Assembly: GCF_000315625.1 (NCBI RefSeq) | Contig: NW_005434671.1 | Span: 1,165,170 to 1,229,169, forward strand | Length of the DNA stretch: 64,000 bases | From: Guillardia theta CCMP2712 | Taxonomy: Eukaryota; Protista; Cryptophyta | Direction: 5' to 3' | Shown: piece after piece, positions 31,901-42,737 of the stretch | Layout of the letters: each line of letters opens with the position of its first letter | Numbering within the stretch: position 1 is the first letter of the stretch | The notes under the pieces: model-generated | Database searches by the model: none | What the model saw: the letters and a program-made list of their open reading frames with translations, nothing else | What the model was told of the DNA's origin: nothing | Position numbers and translations under genes: made by a program

Positions 31901-32161
31901 CATTGGTTCTGGTTTCGTGATTTTCTTCTTTGAAAAACCATCCGATTGTGAAGATCTACATGACCTTGAACGTGGTTTGCTGACTTCGTTCCGCATCCAG
32001 GCCTGGGGCGCCTGCTTCACAAGAAGTTACTGTCAAGACCAACAAGGCGGCACCGGCTCAATAGGTAGAGTATCATCTCTTCGAACTCATTCTTTCGTCT
32101 CAGAAATCTCTTATCACATGATGCCTCTGCCTCTTCTACCTCTTGACCTCAGCCATGCCAT
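28984..32161 (-). CDS. Sfi1-like repeat (putative centrin-binding) protein, multi-exon
   Basis: Repeated hydrophobic-x-x-W-basic motifs: SFFRWQKY, HAWIKWK, HLCIWRR, ILRKWIV, AAFRRWDD, ALASWKI, RFFFRWHS, RRWFDWW. Confidence 0.55.
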
Positions 32162-32409
32162 GCAAAAAAGTTCCCGCCGCTCGGAACTTGACAAGCTACA
32201 AAACCCTTTTATTATCCGAGCCCGCGCGGGCCGCCGATTCGGATGGTCCGGCGATGGCACTGGGTCCGATCCGATCACTCGGCGCGGCGGTCACGCCGTC
32301 ACATGATTAACCGGCCGGTCCCGGGCCCAGTTGAAGGTTAGTAGATGAGTGCGGCATGCCATTGAAATTGAGTTGACGGTAAAGAAAGATTACACCGTCT
32401 TATTTCTCT

Positions 32410-33816
32410 TCAAAATTGAGGTTCTAAGCTCGTGTTGCGAGTAGTCGCGGACTTCTTGACCGGTACCTGCAGCCCCCCCGGTACTACCTCCACCGAGTAC
32501 GACCCTCGCTCCCGGATCGGGTTGAAAAGCTCGTGATGCTCCGCAACCCACTCCTGGCTCTTCTGGTGCAAGCTCTCCATGCTCGTCGTCGACGCAACCG
32601 TATCCTTGATCCCAAAGCTCTGCAGACTGCATCGCCTGAGTACCTGCTTGCCCTCGTCAGACCCTCGGACTGCTTCGGACATGGCGATGCACTAATATCA
32701 CCCCGTCGCCTCTGACGCCATGCTTGACGTCCTTGACCAGGTCGTCTTGCAAGCTGCTCCTCCTGTCGACAGCCTTGCTGCCTTGGTTCAAGCTCACATG
32801 CAGGTCGATGGGCCTGTCGATGTCTCCGTACGGATCCAGCTGCGCCAGCACCCAAGCACACTCGCTCTCAGCCCCGGGCCCTCACACGCGCAGCAGAGCG
32901 CTGCCTTACCTGCTGCCGATGCCTCTCCTCCTTGTCGTCGTCCCGCACGTGCAGCATGAGCATCCGGGAGACGAGGCCGACTTTCTTCTCTACGGAGTGC
33001 TCTTTCGAGCTCCTCTCATGCTTGTACTTGAGGTCGTGCCCTAGCCACTCGTTTGTTACTTCACAGTGTCTCACGTACTCGTGATCCGCTGGCTTCACGC
33101 CCTCCACCCGCATCCCAAAGTACGTCCTGTACCCCTTGGTGTCCTTGAGGCTCCGCACCTCTATCGTCGCCTCGACCGGTAGCGCCTTCCTCCCCGCCTG
33201 CTGGCTCTTGCCGTACAGCAGCATGCTCCCTGCCTCGCTCCGTCCCTCTCCGCGGATGCCCTCCAGCAGTCTGTCACGGTCCGCTGCCTTGGTGGCCGGG
33301 CCCAGCAGCTGCCTGTCCTTGCCCTTGTCAGCATCGACGGAGTCCTACAGGCTTGCTCCTCCTGCCTTACCTGAGCGGGAGGCCTGCGTCCGGCACTTGA
33401 CCGAAGAGCTTCTCGAAGGGCTTGTTGGCGACGAGCAGCATGGGCTCGCCATCGGGGCTTTTCTTGAGGCCGACGGCGAAGGGGGTCTGGGCTCTGAAGT
33501 CGGAGCTGGCCTGGATCATGTCGATTTCGCGGAGGAAGCGGAAGTTTGCGTCGGCGATACCTGTTGTCTTTGTCTGCTTTCTTGGAGTTTTCACGTTTGC
33601 AGGCTCTTGAGGAAACAGATCGTTCTTTTGCCGTATGTTACGTGTCTGTATCTTGGCAGGCTCGCAACAACGTAGGAGGAAGCGCAGAGGGGGGAGGTCG
33701 GTGAGCTGCCATGGAGGCTGCGGGTTCGGATCGCTGTTCTGCGGATCCATTCTTGCAAGAGCAGATCTTGTTTTTCGTCGCTCAGGACAAGGTCTGCTGC
33801 TAGGGCGTTTCTTCAT
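32410..33816 (-). CDS. PAS-domain protein family, copy A (4 exons)
   Basis: Spliced core TPFAVGLKKSPDGEPMLLVANKPFEKLFGQVPDAGLPLR/QLLGPATKAADRDRLLEGIRG...IEVRSLKDTKGYRTYFGMRV resembles a PAS fold; near-identical to copies B-D. Confidence 0.65.
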
Positions 33817-34185
33817 ATGGTGTCAAATAGAAAATTGTTTTCCTCGACCATATGTCTGAGACCTCACCAAGCAATCTCAGAATCACTTAACTTTTTTCGG
33901 ACTCGGCATTGAAAAGGCTAGTCAAATCCCCGATCTTTTTTTTTGCGGAGTCGAATCCAGCGGCGCCGCGGCCCGGCCCGGCGGCAGCGTACGGTCCGGG
34001 TGCAGCATCACTGAGTGCCGGCGATGCGGCCGAGGGCCGGCACCCAGGCTGGTCCGATCATCCCCGGGCCCGGCATGGACTGAGGTCGACTCAGGAGACC
34101 GTCGACGGGGCCGCTGCGCCGACGGGACACTCCGGCCCCGCGGTAAGCTTTGTGCAATGTGAATCATTTGGACTGAGAATTTTCA

Positions 34186-35586
34186 CTAATGGAGCATCAA
34201 AGGATGCTTAACCGGTACCTGCAGCCCCCCCGGTACTACCTCCACCGAGTACGACCCTCGCTCCCGGATCGGGTTGAAAAGCTCGCGATGCTCCGCAACC
34301 CACTCCTGGCTCTTCTGGTGCAAGCTCTCCATGCTCGTCGTCGACGCAACCGTATCCTTGATCCCAAAGCTCTGCAGACTGCATCGCCTAAGTACCTGCT
34401 TGCCCTCGTCAGACCCTCGGACTGCTTCGGACATGGCGATGCACTAATATCACCCCGTCGCCTCTGACGCCATGCTTGACGTCCTTGACCAGGTCGTCTC
34501 TGCTCCTCCTGTCGACAGCCTTGCTGCCTTGGTTCAAGCTCACATGCAGGTCGATGGGCCTGTCGATGTCTCCGTACGGATCCAGCTGCGCCAGCACCCA
34601 AACACACTCGCTCTCAGCCCCGGGCCCTCACACGCGCAGCAGAGCGCTGCCTTACCTGCTGCCGATGCCTCTCCTCCTTGTCGTCGTCCCGCACGTGCAG
34701 CATGAGCATCCGGGAGACGAGGCCGACTTTCTTCTCTACGGAGTGCTCTTTCGAGCTCCTCTCATGCTTGTACTTGAGGTCGTGCCCTAGCCACTCGTTT
34801 GATGTTTGACAGTGTCTCACGTACTCGTGATCCGCTGGCTTCACGCCCTCCACCCGCATCCCAAAGTACGTCCTGTACCCCTTGGTGTCCTTGAGGCTCC
34901 GCACCTCTATCGTCGCCTCGACCGGTAGCGCCTTCCTCCCCGCCTGCTGGCTCTTGCCGTACAGCAGCATGCTCCCTGCCTCGCTCCGTCCCTCTCCGCG
35001 GATGCCCTCCAGCAGTCTGTCACGGTCCGCTGCCTTGGTGGCCGGGCCCAGCAGCTGCCTGTCCTTGCCCTTGTCAGCATCGACGGAGTCCTACAGGCTT
35101 GCTCCTCCTGCCTTACCTGAGCGGGAGGCCTGCGTCCGGCACTTGACCGAAGAGCTTCTCGAAGGGCTTGTTGGCGACGAGCAGCATGGGCTCGCCATCG
35201 GGGCTTTTCTTGAGGCCGACGGCGAAGGGGGTCTGGGCTCTGTAGTCGGAGCTGGCCTTGGTTCTGTCAACCTCGCAGAGGAAGCGGAAGCTTGCGTTTG
35301 CGATTCTAGTAGGCTTGTTCTGCATAGGAGATCTCTGTGCCTGAGTATGCAAACTGCTTGTATGTACATTTCGTGGCGTCAGATTGTTGTCAGCAATGTC
35401 TTGTCTCACTTCAGCAGCCTGGAAACGATTGTGATGCACTAGGTGGGATCTTTTAATTGTTTTGGATTCGCAGCATTTTGGGATGATGGATGGAAGAGGA
35501 AAGATATCGCCCAAAGACCATTGGGGAGTCACTGACGTGTCCTGTTCTTTCCTGGAATCCCCTCCCCTGCAGTCGCACTGCAGCAT
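34186..35586 (-). CDS. PAS-domain protein family, copy B
   Basis: Same exon structure and core as copy A; different N-terminus. Confidence 0.65.
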
Positions 35587-35793
35587 GTTTAACAGCTGCC
35601 CGGTCTGTCGCTTCGCGTGCTGACGAGTCTCTTGGGCCGTGGGTACACATTTTCACTCATCGGAATAATAAGTTTTTAGTTCAATTTAGTAGTCACCTGT
35701 GGCGGGCCCGGCTTCCGGGGTCCGAAAGCCCGGCCAAGAGGGCAAAAGTTGACTCTATATGACTAGGTACGTCTCCCAGGAGCCGTACAACTC

Positions 35794-37086
35794 ATGCCAC
35801 AAGGCAAACACGAAGAATGCGAGGCTGAACAGCAGCCCCCATGGCAGCTCACCGACCTCCTCCCTCTCCACTCCTTCCAACGTTGTTGCGAGCCTGCCAA
35901 GATACAGACACGAGTCGTGAAACAAAAAATTGACCCCCTCCCTATCTCCAAGCCTACCACAACAGCTGACACAAGATTCCGCTTCCTCTGCGAGGTTGAC
36001 AGAACCAAGGCCAGCTCCGACTTCAGAGCCCAGACCCCCTTCGCCGTCGGCCTCAAGAAAAGCCCCGATGGCGAGCCCATGCTGCTCGTCGCCAACAAGC
36101 CCTTCGAGAAGCTCTTCGGGCAAGTGCCGGACGCAGGCCTCCCGCTCAGGTAAGGCAGGAGGAGCAAGCCTGTAGGACTCCGTCGATGCTGACAAGGGCA
36201 AGGACAGGCAGCTGCTGGGCCCGGCCACCAAGGCAGCGGACCGTGACAGACTGCTGGAGGGCATCCGCGGAGAGGGAAGGAGCGAGGCAGGGAGCATGCT
36301 GCTGTACGGCAAGAGCCAGCAGGCGGGGAGGAAGGCGCTACCGGTCGAGGCGACGATAGAGGTGCGGAGCCTCAAGGACACCAAGGGGTACAGGACGTAC
36401 TTTGGGATGCGGGTGGAGGGCGTGAAGCCAGCGGATCACGAGTACGTGAGACACTGTCAAACATCAAACGAGTGGCTAGAGCACGACCTCAAGTACAAGC
36501 ATGAGAGGAGCTCGAAAGAGCACTCCGTAGAGAAGAAAGTCGGCCTCGTCTCCCGGATGCTCATGCTGCACGTGCGGGACGACGACAAGGAGGAGAGGCA
36601 TCGGCAGCAGGTAAGGCAGCGCTCTGCTGCGCGTGTGAGGGCCCGGGGCTGAGAGCGAGTGTGCTTGGGTGCTGGCGCAGCTGGATCCGTACGGAGACAT
36701 CGACAGGCCCATCGACCTGCATGTGAGCTTGAACCAAGGCAGCAAGGCTGTCGACAGGAGGAGCAGAGACGACCTGGTCAAGGACGTCAAGCATGGCGTC
36801 AGAGGCGACGGGGTGATATTAGTGCATCGCCATGTCCGAAGCAGTCCGAGGGTCTGACGAGGGCAAGCAGGTACTCAGGCGATGCAGTCTGCAGAGCTTT
36901 GGGATCAAGGATACGGTTGCGTCGACGACAAGCATGGTGAGCTTGCACCAGAAGAGCCAGGAGTGGGTTGCGGAGCATCGCGAGCTTTTCAACCCGATCC
37001 GGGAGCGAGGGTCGTACTCGGTGGAGGTAGTACCGGGGGGGCTGCAGGTACCAGTCAGGACCCTATCCATAGACGATTGCACGTGA
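35794..37086 (+). CDS. PAS-domain protein family, copy C (inverted), ~368 aa
   Basis: GT-AG introns 36150-36207, 36611-36680 and 36813-36870 (CTGAC branch sites in introns 1 and 3) give a 1107-nt open frame. Confidence 0.7.
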
Positions 37087-37379
37087 AGAAGCATCGTTGT
37101 GTCTGCTGATTTGGATCACTTGTTTTCTTAGAAGTGTATTTGTCCTTGCTTTTGTTTTTAAGTACATGATATTATGCTTGCTCTTACAATCTAGAATCCT
37201 TTGATTTCCAGTCATAGCTTATCATCATAGATGTTCATGGTTTCTCTTCACATAATGGCACGGCCACCAGCTTCGGAATAGGCAACTTCACTCCCTCGTT
37301 ATTTGCTGTTCATACTTGTGTTCGACATATACAGAGGATTGGCTTCAAGCAACTTTCCGTAACTGAAATGATGAAGTAG

Positions 37380-38714
37380 TCAAAACAAAATAAGACAACC
37401 TTCAGGTTCATACTTCTCCGGCATCTTGACCGGTACCTGCAGCCCCCCCGGTACTACCTCCACCGAGTACGACCCTCGCTCCCGGATGGGGTTGAAAAGC
37501 TCGTGATGCTCCGCGACCCACTCCTGGCTCTTCTGGTCCAGGTTTACCATGCTTGTTGTCGACGCAACCGTATCCTTGATCCCGAAGCTTTCTAAACCGC
37601 ACCTTCTGAGTACCTGCTTGCCCTCGTCAGACCTTCGGGTTCTCCCGTCAGGCGATCGATGCATATCACCCCGTCGCCTCTGACGCCATGCTTGACGTCC
37701 TTGACCAGGTGAAGTTGACCTCTGATGTCGACTGTGCGTTTCCCCTTTTGGGATTTTACCTGGACATCCTTTGCAGAGTCAACTTGCATGTATGGGTCGA
37801 ACTGCAAGCTCAGCGCTCAGACACTGACATTGCAACGAAATGCGTCACTCACCGCCAGGCGCTCCTTCTTCTCCTTGATGTCGTCCCGCACGTGCTTCAT
37901 GAGCATCCGGGACGCAAGGCCGACTGTTCTTTCAACTTTATCTTCCATTGACGCTTTGTGAAGCTTGTACTTGAGGTCGTGCTCTAGCCACTCGTTTGAT
38001 GTTTGACAGTATCGCACATAGAAAAGATCCCTGACTTGAACATTCTTCAACCGCATCCCAAAGTACGTCCTGTACCCCTTGGTGTCCTTGAGGCTCCGCA
38101 CCTCTATCGTCGCCTCGACCGGTAGCGCCTTCCTCCCCGCCTGCTGGCTCTTGCCGTACAGCAGCATGCTCCCTGCCTCGCTCCTTCCCTCTCCGCGGAT
38201 GCCCTCCAGCAGTCTGTCACGGTCCGCTGCCTTGGTGGCCGGGCCCAGCAGCTGCCTGTCCTTGCCCTTGTCAGCATCGACGGAGTCCTACAGGCTTGCT
38301 CCTCCTGCCTTACCTGAGCGGGAGGCCTGCGTCCGGCACTTGACCGAAGAGCTTCTCGAAGGGCTTGTTGGCGACGAGCAGCATGGGCTCGCCATCGGGG
38401 CTTTTCTTGAGGCCGACGGCGAAGGGGGTCTGGGCTCTGTGGTCGTAGCTGGCCTTGGTTCTGTCAACCTCGCAGAGGAAGCGGAAGCTTGCGTGAGTGG
38501 TCTTATTGTGTCTGGGCTGATCAGCGAGTTCAATGTCTTCTTGAGGAGGATCGTCTCTCGATCTGTCATGTGCTGGTCCCGTCTGAATCCTTGCAGGCTC
38601 GCAACAGCGGAAAAGGGAGCGGAGGGATAAGAAGTCGGTGTACAGCCACGCATCGCTGTCTTGGGCTCCTGTTTTGATCGCCTTATCTCTAGGTTCACAA
38701 TCGATGCATTCCAT
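37380..38714 (-). CDS. PAS-domain protein family, copy D (most divergent C-terminal half)
   Basis: Identical PAS core; divergent patch ~37600-38050 with conserved reading frame (LVKDVKHGVRGDG, SFGIKDTVASTTSM). Confidence 0.65.
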
Positions 38715-38954
38715 AGCGTGTAAAGATTGGCAGCAAAGGAAATACAAGACAGCGGTAAGTAGCACACTAGCTAAGAGAACCAGAGGGAATGGAGTGAGAG
38801 TCAAGGGAGGATGATGTGTGCGAGGGGACGGTCCGGAGCAGTAAGAGAGGGGGCGTAAAGAGAGAAGACGGTTGAAGGATAGAGGAGGGCAAGGCACGAT
38901 GGAGAGATGCAGTAGCGATGGAATGTGAGAACTGACAGTGGAGGAGAGGGAGGA

Positions 38955-39060
38955 GGGGCAGGAGAGGAGGAGTAGGAGAGGAGGGGCAGGAGAGGAGGGG
39001 CAGGAGAGGAGGGGCAGGAGAGGAGGGGCAGGAGAGGAGGGGCAGGAGAGGAGGGACAGG
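38955..39060. repeat. Purine-rich minisatellite (aggagaggaggggc)n
   Basis: About 7 copies of a 14-bp unit. Confidence 0.85.
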
Positions 39061-39460
39061 AGTTAAGGAGGCCCAACAGCTATGACGCTGTCGTAGCCAT
39101 TTCCGAAAGATTTCAACGAAACAGGAAGATGTAGGGGTAGGGGTGGGTACCCCGCCTCATCCACTTTCTGTCAGAATCACTCAATGGACCAGGTCATGGA
39201 ACAGGTTCAGTTGACAACTGGAGGGGTAGTGGAGGATGCCGTGGGAAAGTGTTTCAACGAAGATAGACAGCTTTTTAAAATGTCTGTTTGGGAGGGAGGA
39301 GTCACGGAGGGGGAGCAGCAGCAGTGAAGTGAGGTAGAGGAAGTCACTGATCAGCATTTCAATCACATACTGGCAGCATCTCAATCACATCACTTCGATA
39401 CCTTCACATGGCTACCATCAAGTGATGTTTATTGTAGTTATCCTTACATTCACCTCGCAA

Positions 39461-41964
39461 TCAGTAGACCTTCGTCTCCTCCGATTCCGTCGAAACAGAA
39501 TCACTCCTAGAGCTCCCAGAACTACGATCAAGTTCGACCAGCTTCTGTTTGAAAATCTCCAGCTCGCCAGCAGCCATTTTGTAGGGCGAGAAGTTAAGGT
39601 CAGGGAAAGATCTTTCTCGGACCTGAGGAACAAAAACTAGATCAGGTCCTTACACCACAAGCTGCCCAAGGACCTCTCGTCGGAACTCCTTCAGAGCCTC
39701 GTTGATTGTGACTCCGACCGAGCTGGGTAAGGTGAGGTGAGGTTTCGAAGAGAGCAGCGGCATTTTGATGAAGAGGGCTCGATATCAGGTCATGAGGTTC
39801 GAAACAAGAAGACGGGGTGGGGAAATGCTAAGAGGAGGATGGGAAATTAGATGATTGTCACCTGAATTGTTTGCAAAACTTTGGAGTCACTTTGGCATGG
39901 TGAGGGTGCTGCATCATGCCTAGCAGGTCATGATAGACCAGCACTTGACCACTGCAGACTTTCTTTCATTCTCGTTTCAGGTCATACATGTCTGACCTTG
40001 TGTGCATCCCAGCGCCGATTCCTATCGTTGGGACTGAGATTCTTTCTGTCACCTCCTTTGCCACCTGGACACGCGCCTGTTACATCAACTAACTCAGACT
40101 CAAGATGAGTACCTCGGCTGGCACACATTCTAGTACAATGGCAAACACTCCGGCGTTCACCAGTTGTCGGGCTTGTTCAATCAGCGATACTGCCTGTTTC
40201 TCTCTTTCATGGACCTGAATTTCTTCATTTCCCTATCACCTGCTGAGCATGTTTGCCTTGGGCGCGAAACCCTCCAAGTGTTGAATAGCTCTGTGGAGTC
40301 AACCCGATATGCCCCATCACCTGTTTTATGTTACCCTGGGCTCTCGAAGAAGCCATCTCTTACTGCGATCCCCCCATTGACGAGCGTTTCAACTGTCCGA
40401 AGTCTTGCCGCATCTATAGAGCAATGGCAGGTCAGTTCCACACTGCGACGGCGCATTGAGAGAGCAGCACCAGCGCCCTCGAGTTTGATAGCTTCCATGC
40501 CACCCTCCTGTCAAATAGCATAAGATCGCTTCAGGGTGTAGCAACAAGTGAGAGTAGCTGCCTTCAAGAGCCTGTAGGCATTCCTCTGAGCTTCCTGTGC
40601 GCTGATCTACAAACAATAAGATCGGCCTCGTCATTCGCACTCTTGTTGTACCTCATAGCTTCCAAAGGGAAGGTCCCCTACCAACAACGGTCTTTTGCAG
40701 CCCCTTGAAACAGCTCTACCAGCAAGATCAATCATAACAGTTTTGAGGCATAAGTGTGATTCCTGCAGTGATGCAATATTTCGTCAAATGTAACAGGCAG
40801 TGTTGTATCATAGCCTAGGACAACCATTCCCAGGGAATCGCCCACCAAGACCTTCAACAGTACATCATCAAATATTCAAACGTACTTTTGATTGCATACC
40901 ACGTCAATTCCTGCAAGGTCAACATGGACAGCTGAAGGAAAATCGTACGCTGTCGCCTACATGAGGTGATTGTCACATTAAGACCTTTTGTCGCAAAAGG
41001 TCCACGAGTGCTCACCATCGTAATGGGAATCTTCTTTGAGTACATCTTCTTCAGCTCTACGATTGTAATGTCTGCAAAGCGTCTTACAGAATTTCCCTCA
41101 AAATCTTTTCACGACTGGAATGCTCTTCGCTGGCACTTGTTGCTTCTCCTTTGGTTGGACGAGCGATGTAATTCTCTGGAGCACCCATGATGGCAGGCCC
41201 TGCAGCCAAGGGATTCCCCTTAGAGAAATATGACACCAGGTAATACAGCATCTCCACTTTGATCAGTATTTACACTCGTTTGCTTGTTTGCACCAGACCC
41301 CATGAGCTTTCGCACCATAGCCCTGAGTTCTTCTTCATTCATTGCATCGATGTCTTTCGTGGATGTCCTACCATTCAAACATAGGTTTCGATGCTATGGC
41401 AAACAAACATCACCAACCCTTGAAACCTTCTTGTTGTACAATTGATGAGCAGTCTGGACGATCTCTCAGCTTTCCTATTCGCCTTGTCAAGACTGTCCCC
41501 ACAACATTCTTCAAGGAAGAACCTCCATATTGATGACGTCTGTCCCCAATGCAACTTGGAGAGCAGCATACTAGGACGTAATGCTGTACAACACGTCATG
41601 CTACACATGGTTGGCGTGCAAGCAAATCTTACCTCTCGACAGATTTCTCAAATGAAATGAGCTCACCATTAGAGCAAAAGAGTCTAGTTCTGCTCAGGGA
41701 CAATTCAAGGTCTAGAAATGGACGTTTGTTAGCAAGTTGAAAGGATATTGAGCTGGCCTGACTGACTGACTGACTGACTGACTGACTGACTGACTGACTG
41801 ACTGACTGACTGACTGACTGACTGACTTGACTGACTTGACTGACTTGACTGACTTGACTGACTGACTGACTGACTGACTGACTGACTGACTGACTGACTG
41901 ACTTGCTGTCTGACTTGCTGCGGCAGCCCCCATTCCATTTCTTATGGAGAGGCGCATCTAGCAT
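39461..41964 (-). CDS. panB: Ketopantoate hydroxymethyltransferase; highly intron-split, with an N-terminal extension (5' end uncertain)
   Basis: Exons read [11 protein letters not shown]...[25 protein letters not shown]...[10 protein letters not shown]...[11 protein letters not shown]...[11 protein letters not shown]...GGFRAQGK...IVLECVP...VPTIGIGAG...[11 protein letters not shown]; stop at 39461. Confidence 0.9.
41758..41901. repeat. (CTGA)n tetranucleotide microsatellite
   Basis: About 35 units with a few T insertions. Confidence 0.95.
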
Positions 41965-42737
41965 GTGAAATTGAAAGCAGTTTGCTCATTGTTTAAGTTT
42001 GAATTTACATTGACAAATATCAAAAACATTTTGAATACTCATACCGTCATGGAGATGCTACCCCACCCTGATGTTGCATAACAAGTTGCCTCTAGAAGAG
42101 GGGGTGAAAGGGTATACTTTTTCACCCCTCACAGAGACCTATCAAAAGTGGCTCAAGTTGGGGGTAATGACCAAGAAGGGGTAGGGGTACTGTCCTAGAC
42201 CAGGGGTGGGTCTCCGTCAGAGCAATTTTGAGTTGGGTGCGCCGTTGCTGCAGGACATGGCCTAGAAGACAGGCAGTGCGATGATGAGGAAAGACCGTGA
42301 GAGCCGAGACGATGAACAGAACAGAAGGACGAGGAGAACAAGAGGACGAGGAGAACAACAAGACCGTTGGAGAATAAGAGGATTATAAGGATTATGAGGA
42401 CCAGGAGATGATTCAGTGAAGAGGACGAGGAGGATGAAGATGACGAGGAGGGTGAGCCTGCCTGCCCTCAGTGGGTGAGAAGGATGAGCCTCCGATTATG
42501 GCTACAGAGAGTCGTGGATGTCGGCGAGGGGGTCGAGGCGGTAGAGGACCGTAGGCGGATCAAGAGGATTGCGATTCACTATGTCAGTGAGAAAGCGCCA
42601 GAGCTGTTACTATCAGCTGCAGAAGATGCTATAGCATGCAATGAGGATGGGACCATTGCAAAATTGAATGCTGTTTGACGGGACTAACAAGGGCATGCTG
42701 CAGGCAGCGAGTTGACTTCTTCCTTGACTAGTCCGTC

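Noticed and set aside
33136-33675. Antisense ORF MVSLRLRTS... repeated in all four copies
   Set aside because: Shadow frame of GC-rich coding sequence; splice signals and amino-acid conservation support the opposite strand
36030-36430. LOV blue-light photoreceptor
   Set aside because: The GxNCRFLQ motif and its flavin-adduct Cys are absent (GLPLRQLLG), so only a generic PAS call is supported
32410-38714. Diversity-generating retroelement (template/variable repeats)
   Set aside because: Differences between copies are not adenine-specific, introns are retained, and there is no reverse transcriptase in the window
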